Assembly: GCA_031362565.1 (NCBI GenBank)
Contig: JANLSU010000022.1
Location: 1 to 47,387 of the forward strand
Reading direction: 5' to 3'
DNA: 47,387 bases
Source of the DNA: a bacterium
Lineage (GTDB): Bacteria; Krumholzibacteriota; Krumholzibacteriia; G020349025
The position numbers and the translations under genes are program-made. The notes under the pieces are model-generated. The model saw only the letters and a program-made list of their open reading frames with translations. It searched no databases and was not told the DNA's origin. Of this stretch, positions 47,008-47,387 are shown in pieces (position 1 is the stretch's first letter; the number at the start of each line of letters is the position of its first letter).

Positions 47008-47313
47008 ATGGCGATCGAAGAAAGTACGGCCATCAGCAAGGCCATCGGCAGCGGCCCGATGGAGCGCACGGGAGCCGAACTGGGACGAAAAGCCGACCAC
47101 ATCGGCGAACGCGTGTCGAGCAACGTGCGTGACAAGGCCCATGACCTGCAGGAACGCGCCGGCGACGTCCGGACGAAACTGACCGACCGTGTTCACGGCG
47201 GGCGTCAGCGCCTCGAAACCGAAGTGCAGGCGCGCCCCATGCGCACCCTTTTGTGGGCCGCCGGCGTCGCTGCGGTTCTGGGTCTCATGATCGGACGCCG
47301 TTCGCGTCGGTAG
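47008..47313 (+). CDS. YqjD/ElaB (DUF883)-like tail-anchored protein, paralog 2
   Basis: GAGGAG RBS; EVQARPMRTLLWAAGVAAVLGLMIGRR; shares ELGRKAD and RVH.GR with paralog 1. Confidence 0.8.
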   Translation: MAIEESTAISKAIGSGPMERTGAELGRKADHIGERVSSNVRDKAHDLQERAGDVRTKLTDRVHGGRQRLETEVQARPMRTLLWAAGVAAVLGLMIGRRSRR

Positions 47314-47387
47314 TCCTTCGGCGCCGGTTTCATCGATCGCCGCGCAGGAGCGCGCTGACCCGCAGCTCCTGTGCGTCCCTGTCGTTC

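Overview
High-GC bacterial chromosomal window. A PorV-like gene, an FlgD-Ig C-terminal domain and a recurring C-terminal tail suggest a diderm FCB-related candidate lineage such as Krumholzibacteriota, Latescibacterota or Eisenbacteria (inference only). Contents in order: (1) a tightly overlapping minus-strand operon of a ~2950-aa Ig-repeat surface protein, a PorV-like barrel fused to TPRs, and a membrane HAMP-PP2C/SpoIIE phosphatase; (2) boxC-boxB for aerobic benzoyl-CoA degradation with a divergent BoxR/BzdR regulator, two palindromic operators and no boxA; (3) four tandem paralogous lipoproteins plus an unrelated TolB-like protein, all five ending in [ST]W-x-x-[VIM]K-x-L[YF], a candidate C-terminal sorting signal; (4) a core-like region with tRNA-Ser(TGA), tRNA-Ser(GCT), tRNA-Arg(ACG), tRNA-Ser(GGA), M20 peptidase, eIF-2B-like protein, Ser/Thr kinase, pepA, adenosine deaminase, tadA, S9 peptidase, rarA and a NYN-cold-shock fusion; (5) an accessory, partly decayed end with GGDEF/EAL, thioredoxin-like, frameshifted hicA plus hicB, Omp85, a histidine-kinase fragment, an ArsR-type HTH and two YqjD/ElaB-like paralogs. 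I saw no CRISPR array, integrase, transposase or rRNA. All family calls are from motif recognition by eye; no searches were run.
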